DNA of 64,000 nucleotides from Selaginella moellendorffii (taxonomy: Eukaryota; Plantae; Lycopodiophyta), in NCBI RefSeq assembly GCF_000143415.4, contig NW_003314261.1, forward strand, positions 3,340,880 through 3,404,879, written 5' to 3'. Each line of letters starts with the position of its first letter. The stretch's first letter is position 1. A model generated the notes under the pieces. That model was not told where the DNA came from and did no database searches. It was given only the letters and a program-made list of their open reading frames with translations. Position numbers and translations under genes: made by a program. This document shows positions 49,360 through 64,000 of this stretch, piece by piece.

Positions 49360-51758
49360 ATGGACGAATCGAAGCTAGGTGAGAAGCTAGACATGCTGGA
49401 TCATCTAGCTGAGAAGAGGAATGCGCTGCTCAAGGAGAAGCACAAGTGCCTGAGGGACGAAGTATTGCAGCTCAAGGAGCTCTTCACGGCGATGAAGGAG
49501 CACAGTGGATCGGATTATGCCGGCATGGGCAAGCGCTTGACAGAGGCCGAGTGCCGTCTAGAAAGGAATGTAGAGATCGGCAGCAACTGCAACGAAGAAG
49601 GAATTCGACCGAGTTCCAACAGTGGTGCCGAGAATGGGAATTTCAGCGGGTAAAAATGTTTGCCTCGAGAAAAGTAGGAAAGTCTTACGAGGAGATTGGA
49701 TGAACAGCTCAAGACTTTGTGATATGCCAGGGCTTTCTGGGTGAAAAAGAAGATGAAAGAGATGGACGAGAACTTGGCACAATTCCAACAATCTCACCAT
49801 CAGGTTGATTTTTTTTCTCCTCCTTTTTTTTCTTTTCTTGTTTCGACTTTGCATATATGACCTTGTTCTCAGGTTGTCAAGGAAAACAACCTCATAATCG
49901 AAGAGCTGGAAATTGCAAAGTGTTTCAATGTCAAGCGGTATGTTATTAGAGTTGTCGTCGATTTTTGTGTAAACTAGTTGTTTTGCAGTTCAGCTGACGC
50001 TGCGGACACGAGAGCTCTCGAGCACATTCTCAAGAGCGCCAAGAAAGCATTGCAAGGAAGTGCGAAGGGAAATGATGAAAAAAATGATACAGCCGAAGCT
50101 CAACTCCTTGTTGGTGACGCTGTGGCAACAGTGAATGAGTTGAGGAATGAGCTACAGCAGACTGAGCCGCTAAAGCAGGTTGTCGACACAGCTAACGGAC
50201 ATTCTAACGCGACGATTGAGAGATTAAACCACAGGATCAAAGACCTCGAAAGTGAACAGAGCAGGGCGTTTTCCTATGGTATGCTGCTGGTTTAATCTCT
50301 TGACTCACGTCTGATGGGTCTTTTTGTGCAGAATTGCGACTAAAAGATGCGCTGCAAACAGTTTCACGACTGTCTGACGAAAATGACGGACTTAAACAGG
50401 ACCTTAAGTCAGCAGCAAGCAGATACATTGCTGCTGAGAAACAGTTGTTTGAGTCCTTGGACTCTATCAAGGAACTGAAACACGTTGTGAGCGACTTATC
50501 AAATCGTCTACGACGACCACAAGGTTGGTTTTTAAGAGTTTGGACATCTGAACGCTTGCTGCTGATAGGATAGGAGGCGATTTATTAGAAGACCGCAAGT
50601 CCAGCTCTCTTTTGTGGAAAAAGATTACCGAACTCGAGCGAGAGGTTTCTACAGGTTTATGTCTTATAGTTTTTATGCTCATGAGGTTTGTACTCACCAT
50701 TTTTACAGGTCAAGACAAGCTGCAAGATGCCATGTCGACGATTGCGCAACTTAAGGCGTCGAAGGCCTCGCTGCTGCGAGCTTTGAACGAGGCAGAGTTG
50801 ATGAGGCAAATGTACGTGACAGCGAATGACCAGCTGAAACAAGCAAACCAGATAATCGAACAGCTCACAGAAAGACTGAATGAGATTGAGAGCGATCTCA
50901 ACTCGGAAAGGGACAAAACACGTAATACGCTTCGAGACACAGTGGCCAGCATCGACAGGGTAAACTTTCGACTTAAAAGTTCTCACGCGCTGAGGCTCAA
51001 GAACAGCACTGAAATGCCTCCGGAAGCTTCGACGGACATTCTATCCATGATCACCATTCTAAACAGCAGACTCTGTGTCCTCGAGCAGGAGCTGAGCGAG
51101 CAAGACTTGAGAAGGAAGGTTGAGAGTCCGACGAGACACAGCAAGCAATATCCCGACTGCTTTATGAAGATCGATGGCTCGCTCGTCCGTCGAGCTCGGG
51201 AAGAGTACAAGCTTTTGTGTTCAGGTAAACCAGTTCTCGCATCTTTATTGTTTGTTTTTCAAGTTTTTTCTCTTGCAGAAATAGCTGAGATTGAGTCGAA
51301 GAAACAGGCTGCCGCTGCAACACTGAAATCTCTCGACGAAAGTATATATGAAAAACGGAAGGCTCTGCGACAAAGCCAGCGTTCTGTGGAGGTTCACGCT
51401 TGTGCTTATCAGTTATGCCATATCACTTCGTTGTCTCTCTTCAGAGGACGCTCTCGGGTCTAGAAAACAACGCAGATGATTCCAAAAAGCTGCCAGAGAG
51501 CAAACCAAGCAGCAGTGAAAGAAAACTTCTTGCTGGAGAATCCTCGGGAGCTAAGGTAGTCTGTTGAACCCTCTATACACACGCCTGTGATGCATGGTTT
51601 CGTTCCAGGCTAGCAATGCTTGCAAGAGCATACAAACCGAGCATTCACCCCCGGAGAAGGAGCGCCACCTTTCTGGCCATGGCCTTGTGTGGGAGTTTGA
51701 TCAGAATCGCAAGAGGGTGCAAGTGCCGAGAAAGAAGAAAAGGGACGTTTGTGTCTAA
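49360..51758 (+). CDS. Uncharacterised long coiled-coil protein with basic C-terminal NLS-like motif; exon structure approximate
   Basis: Successive heptad-rich exons (LKQANQIIEQLTERLNEIESDL) separated by GT-AG introns. The last exon ends GLVWEFDQNRKRVQVPRKKKRDVCV*. Confidence 0.6.
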
Positions 51759-52051
51759 TCTAGGGTTGGTGAGTTGTAGCTATGCACGGATAGTTGAAAG
51801 CTTATTAAAATACATGCCATACGGCTGGCCTGGCTCGTGCTCCACGCGAAGTGACAGAGTCACTCTTATCGCAGTTGATTGCCACTAACTAATTGGTTTA
51901 CAAGCTGGTTGGCGACGTGCTGATCCAGTCCGTTCCAAAATGACAGCTCCCAAGTCGATATTAGTGCACTAGTGTAACGCAGCATTTTATATTGTCCCCA
52001 TAGTTGACAAGAGGAAATCACAAGAGAGCAGAGAGCACAGAGCGGGCGAGA

Positions 52052-54485
52052 ATGGGAGGCGCAGTGTCGAGCGACGCTCAGATCAACGAGGCGTACAAGC
52101 GCATGAGCTTCAAGCACCGGATCATTTTCAGAGTGGGAAAGACTTCGTTGCGATTATGGATTTCTCAAAAGACTAATTAGCTTTGCTCTTGTGGTCTTCC
52201 TCCTTTGTGATTGATGATACCAGATCGTCCATTTCGTCGACAAACACACGGCGTGGCACAAGCTCCCGCTTGTGTTCTCGCTGTTTTATCTCGACATCCG
52301 GAGGACACTCCACCAAAACTACAACTTGAAGTACGTCGGACCTCCAATCTCAGAAGAAGAGAAAAAAGCCGCGCAGGATGACTGCATAGCTCCGCCTTTC
52401 CGGAAGAAAAAATCCAGTGGCGAGCACGTCAATGTCAAAAGTGGCGACTATGGATCATTCATTGGGAGAAATGCCTTTGCTCCAGCATCCGGATCCGAGG
52501 TCTCTCTTCTCTCTCTCTCTCTCTCTCATGAGATTCGATTTGCGTCGAGCAGGAACTTTTGGATCCACATCCCAGTGTTGTGGCGACCAAATTTCTGTCG
52601 AGAAAGGAATCCGAATTCGCGGACACGGGCAAGCAGTTCAACATGATCGCGGCGTCCTGGATCCAGTTTATGATCCACGACTGGGTCGACCACCAGGAAG
52701 ACACAAAAGAGGTATGATTCGTGTGATCGAAGCCAAGGATTCTTCTCACGGATGATTTTGTTTTCGATCCAGCAAGAGATTGTAGCTCCGGAATCAGTCG
52801 CAGCGCAGTGTCCCTTGAAGGAATTTCGGTTCCTCCGCACGAAAGAGGACGAAACGGGCTCGCAAGACATCCCTTTGGGGCATAGGAACATGAGAACATC
52901 GTGGTGGTATGAAACTCTTGTAATTGGAGGGAAGTTTCATTTTACATTTTAGGGATGGGAGTGTTCTATACGGGAGCCACGACGGTGCGCTGGCGAGGGT
53001 GCGCACTGGCAAAGATGGAAAACTTAAGATCGGCCAAAATGGCCTCCTTGAGCGCGACGATCACGGCGTCGCCATCTCCGGCGATGTCAAGAACACCTGG
53101 GCCGGGGTTTCGATTCTCCAGGCGCTTTTCGTCAAGGAGCACAATGCCGTGTGTGACATGCTCAAGGTGCGTGTGCCTCGATCGATCTCTAGCTCTGGAT
53201 TGCCGCTAAATCGTCGCTCCAGAGGACGCATCCGGAATTCGGGGACGAAGAGCTCTACCTTCATGCGAGATTGGTCGTCGCTGCCGTGATTGCCAAGATT
53301 CACACCATCGACTGGACTGTGGAGCTGCTCAAGACGAAAGCGCTCGACATTGGAATGCATGCAAACTGGTGAGCTTTTCTTCTTTACGTCCACCTTTTCT
53401 AGCGATTTCGACTGACTTCGAGAGTGCATCCAGGTATGGTTTACTGGGGAAGAGAATCAAGAGCTGGATCGGGCACACTGGATCCTCGCTGCTGAGTGGA
53501 TTTATTGGAATGAAGGAGCCAATAAACCACGGCGTTCCTTACGCCTTGACGGAGGAGTTTACGTGCGTTTATCGCCTCCATCCTTTGCTACCAGACGACA
53601 TTGTGCTGAGAGACATCACTGGCAGTGGGGAAGAGAAACAAACCAAGACTCCTCGAGCCACTGGAAAGAGGTACCTCCATCTCTTTTTTTTTAATTTTAC
53701 CACTCCTGACTAAACTTTTTCTTGTGATCTATAGAATTCCCATGATCGAGCTCATTGGAAGTGAGGGAGAAAAAACGCTGGTAGCATTGGAAACGAGAGA
53801 ATGATCGCGTCGCTTGGGCATCAAGCTTGTGGAGCGCTCGTTCTTTTCAACTATCCGCAGTGGATGAGGGACCTTCCCCAGACTGGAACCGACGGCATAA
53901 ACCGCCCGAATCACGTCGACATGGCCGCCCTCGAGAGTAAGTTCTGTTCTTGCCAGACGCTTGTTTTCCTCGATCTTATCTTTGCATCTCTGCACTTTTT
54001 GTCCCAGTTTACCGTGATCGCGAAAGAAAAGTTGCAAGATACAATGCCTTTCGGAGAAACATGTTGATGATTCCAATCAAGAAGTGGGAGGATCTCACCG
54101 ATGACAAACAAACACTCGCCTTGCTGAGGGAGGTATACGGCGAGGACGTGGAGAAGCTCGACTTGCTCGTCGGCTTGCTGGCGGAGAAGAAGATCAAAGG
54201 CTTCGCCATTAGCGAGACGTCGTTTTTCATCTTTCTCCTCATGGCCACCAGGTAAAAACTGCTAGAACCAAGTCACAGTTTTAACACATTGCATTGCTTT
54301 CCCACAGGAGGCTAGAAGCTGATCGATTCTTTACCTCAAACTTTAACGCCAAGAGCTACACCAAGGAGGGACTGGCGTGGGTGAACAACACCGAGAGCCT
54401 CAAAGACGTCCTCCAGAGGCACCACGGCAACTTGGTTGATAAGTGGCTAAACGCACGCAGCGCATTCAGCGTGTGGAGTGCGTGA
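52052..54485 (+). CDS. Fatty acid alpha-dioxygenase (heme peroxidase-cyclooxygenase family); apparent -1 frameshift near 53780
   Basis: WHKLP, QFNMIAASWIQFMIHDWVDH, TSWWDGSVLYG, AKIHTIDWTVELLKT, EEFTCVYRLHPLLPD (catalytic Tyr and proximal His), RDRER..RYN.FRR, RRLEADRFFT. Confidence 0.95.
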
Positions 54486-54569
54486 AAGTTCCCTCGATCT
54501 TTCTTGGTTGTGCCAGTAACTTCTCTTCTATCCAGACTCTTTCCTCAAGATATACTTATCTCATACGTC

Positions 54570-57552
<2,983 letters not shown>

Positions 57553-57564
57553 AGCCGAGCACAA

Positions 57565-57593
57565 AAACCCTAGAGCAAAGTTTTGGCGGGAAA
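57565..57593. promoter_or_regulatory. Telo-box plus overlapping E2F sites immediately upstream of MCM7
   Basis: AAACCCTAG near 57565. TTTTGGCGGGAAA at 57581-57593 contains TTTGGCGG and, on the minus strand, TTTCCCGCC. MCM genes are canonical E2F targets. Confidence 0.8.
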
Positions 57594-57752
57594 CAGCAAA
57601 AGTCTCTCTCTCGGGTTATTGTTACCATTATTGGAATATCCCAAAACCGTTCACAAGCAACAAGAGTCCTGGAGTTTTAGAGCTCGCGGCCAAAATCCCC
57701 GAGCTCAAAGTTCTTAGAAGCACCAAAAAAACTTCTTTGTTCATCATCGTCA

Positions 57753-59920
<2,168 letters not shown>

Positions 59921-60062
59921 TTACTTTGGAAATGCGTGGGCTATATCTTGCTCAGAGAAAACCTCCACCGTCCGATGGTAATCCCAGCTAGAATATGCGA
60001 AGATGCTCCGTGCAATCAAAGATGGTATATTCCGTCAAACGGCTATTAGGGCTAGGGCATCA

Positions 60063-61426
60063 ATGGAGCACGAAGAGAGGGACGAGGGAGGGAAGCGCGG
60101 CAGGAGGAGGAAGAGGAGGCATGAAGAATCCGATTCGAGGAGCAGGAGCAGCGATAGCGGTAGCAGCGAGAGTGAAAATCGCAGGAGCAAGCGTAGGAAG
60201 CGGCATCATCGACGAAGAACTAGAGGATCATCTGATAGTAGCTCGTCCGGGGAGGAGAGCGATAGCGACGTTGTGAGTAAGCGCTCACGCAGCCGAGTAA
60301 GGCACAAGGAAGAGCGAAGGCACAAGAGCAGGGATAAAGAGAAGAAACGCAAGGATAGGGGGAAGGGGAAGCGAAAGGAGGAGAAGAAGAAGAAGAAGAA
60401 GGAGAAGGCCGAGCGCCAGAAGAGTGGGCCTGTGACTGCTTCATGGGGGAAGTATGGACTTATCAAGGAGATCGATATGTGGTGGGTCTATAAATTTTTT
60501 TCAATATGTTTCTGGATGGCATTGCGAAGCTTTGTTTATGCGCAGGAACAAGAGGCCGGAATTTAGCGCATGGCTTTCGGAAGTGAAGAAAGTAGGCATT
60601 TTCAGAAAAGAAATCGTTTCTTCTTCTTACTGTGTTGCTTGGTTTTCTTACGCAGGTCAATCTGGAGACGCTACCGAATTGGGAGGAGAGACAAATGTTT
60701 AAGGAGTACGAATTTTTTCTCATGCGTGCATTCGAATTATGTGAGCATTGAGTTGCATGACCTGTCGCTCTTTGTGGATTTTCTTTCCTTCGAGACAGTG
60801 TGCTTTGGAATTTCCTGATGTCGTGGCTTGTTGTTTTACAGGTACATGGAAGATTATAACACTGCAACACTTCCCTCGAAGAAGTCAGTAGTGCTAGAGT
60901 CAAGGTTTTTCTTGCTTTTTTTAACGTTGATTTCTTCGTAGGTACTACAATGTTGATAAGTATCACCAGCGAAAGATGTTCAAGGAGTGGAAGAAGGGCG
61001 CCAAATACAGATCTGTCGAAGTGGAGCGGACAGAATTCAACGATGAAGAGCAACGAAGGTATTTTGCTCTGATAGGATTTTCCCATCATACACACATTTC
61101 TGTTTCAGGCAAGAACTAAAAATGCTGCGGGAGCATGAGAAAGAGGCACACATTGAAGAACTAAAGCACTCGATGAAAACTGGCATGGTGCGTTCAAATA
61201 AGTCCATCCGTAAAGATTGTTAAATGATCTCCACTCCTTTGGTAAATCCCGCAGGCACAAGCGATGCGTGAGCAAGCCCAACTTCGTGAGGAAATGCAGT
61301 ACCAATATCGTCTCGGGAATCTCGAAGTAAGCACCTGTCATTCTTTTGATCTTGTGAAATGTGACGCGAACGTATTGCCAGGCAGCGAATGCGATCCAGA
61401 AGCGCCTGGAGCCTGACGCTTTGTAG
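60063..61426 (+). CDS. Conserved uncharacterised RS/K-rich nuclear protein, multi-exon
   Basis: Low-complexity R/S/K N-terminus, then spliced WGKYGLIKEIDMW|NKRPEFSAWLSEVKK|VNLETLPNWEERQMFKE|YMEDYNTATLPSKK|YYNVDKYH...QKRLEPDAL*. Confidence 0.8.
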
Positions 61427-61924
61427 TACCATATAGAGAGAAAAAACTATCAAATCGAACACAGCCAGAGTTGCATTTTGCTGTTGTACTCCATGGGTAC
61501 GTTAAGCAAATCTCATTGTGACTGATTCTCGACAATGATTGCGATGAGTATTTAGAGACAGTACCGATCGTCATGAGAGTGTGAAGAAGTGGAGAGCGTT
61601 ATGCACCCCAGGTTATTTGTATTAATTGGTGCTTAAGTATTGCAACGCTAAAAAAAGTCCTTTGTACTGCAGCTCTACAGCCGAGCCAAAAAATGTTGAG
61701 AGACGAGGTCAGAACAAAAGAAAGCTGGATCTGTCCAGCACTGCTTTTGAAGCAATCAGCCCTTTTTAACCTTTTGCCTGCATCAGTTAACGTTTTCTTC
61801 CTTTATTTCAAACTACCACTAAAATATTGGTGAGCTTTACAGAGAAAATTCTTCCCCGGCAGTATTTATGGGATTGGAAGAAAGGAGGGAGTGCTTCTTG
61901 TTGGTGAGTGACTGAGAGAGAAGA

Positions 61925-62942
61925 ATGGAGCGTTTGTTTGTTGCTGGTTTTGCTCTTTTGCTTGCTGTTAGCTTCGCGCAGGCCAAGCAGCGGCCTCCAA
62001 CTTTCGACGAGAATTTCTCTGTTATGTGGGCTGACGACCATGTACAAACAACTGGAGAAAATGGGAGCCTTGTGCAGCTAATGCTCGATAGAAACTCTGG
62101 TAAGTAACATTCTTTCAATAGTCTACTGATTTTCCTTTACGTTTTCTTTGTAGGATCCGCCTTCTCGACGATAAAAAAGTACCTGTTTGGATTCATCAGC
62201 ATGAATCTCAAGCTGGTTCCGGGTGATTCAGCCGGAGTTGTCACTGCTTACTACGTAAATCTTCGTCTTTCTCGATGCTTCAACTTTTATTTCCTTTGTT
62301 TCGCAGCTATCGTCCGAGACCGACAACCGAGATGAGCTCGACTTCGAGTTCCTTGGCAACCGATCCGGGCAGCCATATACTTTGCAAACCAACGTCTATA
62401 GCAATGGAAAGGGAGAGAGGGAGCAGCGGCTGATGCTCTGGTTTGATCCCTCTCAAGACTTCCACGCTTACTCGTTCCTCTGGAACAAGCATCATATTGT
62501 GTAAGCTTTCCTTTCATTCATTTGCTCGATCTTATCTCCAAGTCGCAGGTTCTACGTCGACAAGACCCCCGTCCGCGTCCACAGGCTCACAAGCGCCACC
62601 CAAGACGTGTTCCTGTCCAAACAGCCAATGCGGCTCATCTCGAGCATCTGGAACGCCGACGGCTGGGCGACGCGCGGTGGAAAAGAGAAGATCGACTGGA
62701 GTGGAGCGCCGTTCGTGGCGTCCTACGCCGAATTCACCGTGGATGGATGCGACGAAGGGGACGCTGCGTGCCTCGCAAACACGAGCAGCCCCTGGTGGGA
62801 TAGGCCGAGTTCGTGGGAGCTGAGCGTTCAAGAAGAGCAAGCGCTGGGCGTGGTGAGATCCAAGTTCTTGATATATGACTACTGCCTAGACACCAACAGG
62901 AATCCATCACCTCCTACCGAGTGTAGTGTTAATCCCAAGTAG
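61925..62942 (+). CDS. XTH: Xyloglucan endotransglucosylase/hydrolase (GH16), 4 exons
   Basis: Signal peptide, [15 protein letters not shown], catalytic [31 protein letters not shown]...PPTEC. Confidence 0.97.
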
Positions 62943-62949
62943 ATCTATC

Positions 62950-63350
62950 AAAAGTATGTGCCTTCCAAAACCACAGGGTGGTGCTGCTGGGTATGTGGTT
63001 TCCAGGGGTTTGAGCATTTGCTCGTGTTATCACTTGGCTGTGGCAACAAAACTGTGACAAGAAAGCCGCGGGATGGTGGGTGACACAGCTAATAACGAAT
63101 GTGGCCCTCAACGCAAGCTCGGATATGGTGGTCTCGGCGCTTTTTTAGCTCGGGCTGTGCGTAAGAATCCAAATAATGTAGTTTGTTCTTGGATCAGACC
63201 TCCAGCAAGTTGAGTATTCGAAGCCGGCCAACCTTGCCGACCTGGTCAACATTAGGAGACAGCTGGTCAAGGAGCCGGTCAAGGGGGTCAACTTTTACAA
63301 CGGGGAGGCCATTCGCAGGTTTGCACCATTCACTTGCAACCCAGCCGTCT
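62950..63350 (+). pseudogene. Degraded 3' fragment of a patatin-like gene
   Basis: Remnants NASSDMV and NLADLVNIRRQLVKEPVKGVNFYNGEAIRRFA resemble patatin C-termini, and a patatin gene starts just downstream. Confidence 0.55.
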
Positions 63351-63437
63351 GAAGAGCCCAAGAAACGCAAACTAGTTGATAGGATTTCCAAATATACAAT
63401 CATGATATAAGATATTTATCTCTTATATGAATATCTT

Positions 63438-63461
63438 TTATATATATATATATATATATAA
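63438..63461. repeat. (TA)n microsatellite
   Basis: Directly visible TA run. Confidence 0.9.
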
Positions 63462-63728
63462 AAGATAACACGTACACGCCAACTAAAATACAGAATTACG
63501 CAAGGCATCCAATTGCGTATGTATTTGAAAAAGATATAGGTGTCTTGAGATCAATATATCGTCCATGCTGCATGTATCTTATTTTAGAGAAATGTTGCAC
63601 TGTTGGTTTTCACAGGCACGTCTCGTAAGACGGGCAAATAACAAACACGTCACGGATCCTGAATATATGCATGATCCAATGTTGGCACAACTACACCTGT
63701 TTACAATTATCCATCGCACAAGAATTTC

Positions 63729-64000
63729 ATGGAAACAAGCAGAAGGAGGAAGTGCATCTTGAGCATCGATGGAGGTGGAGTGAGGGGTGTTATTCCCGCG
63801 ACAATTCTTGAGTACCTTGAGGATTGCTTACAGGTTTCTTTGGGAAAATTATCAAAGCAGAGTCATCTTTATTGGCTTTGATCTGATCTCTCTCTGTCAG
63901 GAGCTAGATGGTCCTAGTGTCAGGCTCGCGGACTACTTTGACACCATTGCTGGAACCAGCACCGGAGGGATCATCGCCGCAATGCTGGGGACGCCTAGCA
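63729..64000 (+). CDS. Patatin-like phospholipase A (pPLA-II type), 5' part; runs off the window
   Basis: [23 protein letters not shown]...LQ|[25 protein letters not shown], containing the DGGG and GxSxG motifs. Confidence 0.93.

Noticed and set aside
49651-49721. Stop-codon readthrough or U-to-C editing of three in-frame stops
   Set aside because: This is a nuclear gene, and a frame-preserving GT-AG intron explains all three stops more simply.

Overview
Eukaryotic nuclear DNA from a compact land-plant genome. Introns of about 50-80 nt, high gene density and the style of the PPR and CASP-like genes point to the lycophyte Selaginella, probably S. moellendorffii (inference). About 20 genes are present, mostly intron-containing: DUF547/MIP1-like protein, RPS30, a Pro-rich single-TM protein, a PLS-class PPR protein, 2-oxoglutarate dehydrogenase E2, RPS27, FANCF-like, a PLP-dependent group II decarboxylase, a class I SAM methyltransferase, GATA26/27-like factor, DRM1/ARP, CASP-like, FQR1/WrbA-like quinone reductase, fatty acyl-CoA reductase, OXA1/ALB3-like TPR insertase, TBL2-like WD40, a coiled-coil protein, alpha-dioxygenase, MCM7, mitochondrial ATP synthase beta, an RS/K-rich nuclear protein, XTH and a partial patatin. 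An approximately 8 kb nest of decayed Ty3/gypsy elements (16.9-25.1 kb) holds two TSD-flanked solo LTRs. Main points of interest: (1) a decarboxylase that looks microbial rather than like plant SDC/AADC, next to a methyltransferase, which is a candidate horizontally acquired amine pathway; (2) a DRM1 gene with two alternative last exons matching two different angiosperm subfamily C-termini; (3) extremely tight head-to-head and tail-to-tail gene packing; (4) isolated small frameshifts in three otherwise intact enzyme genes, possibly assembly errors. Exon boundaries were read by eye and family calls come from recalled motifs, not database searches.
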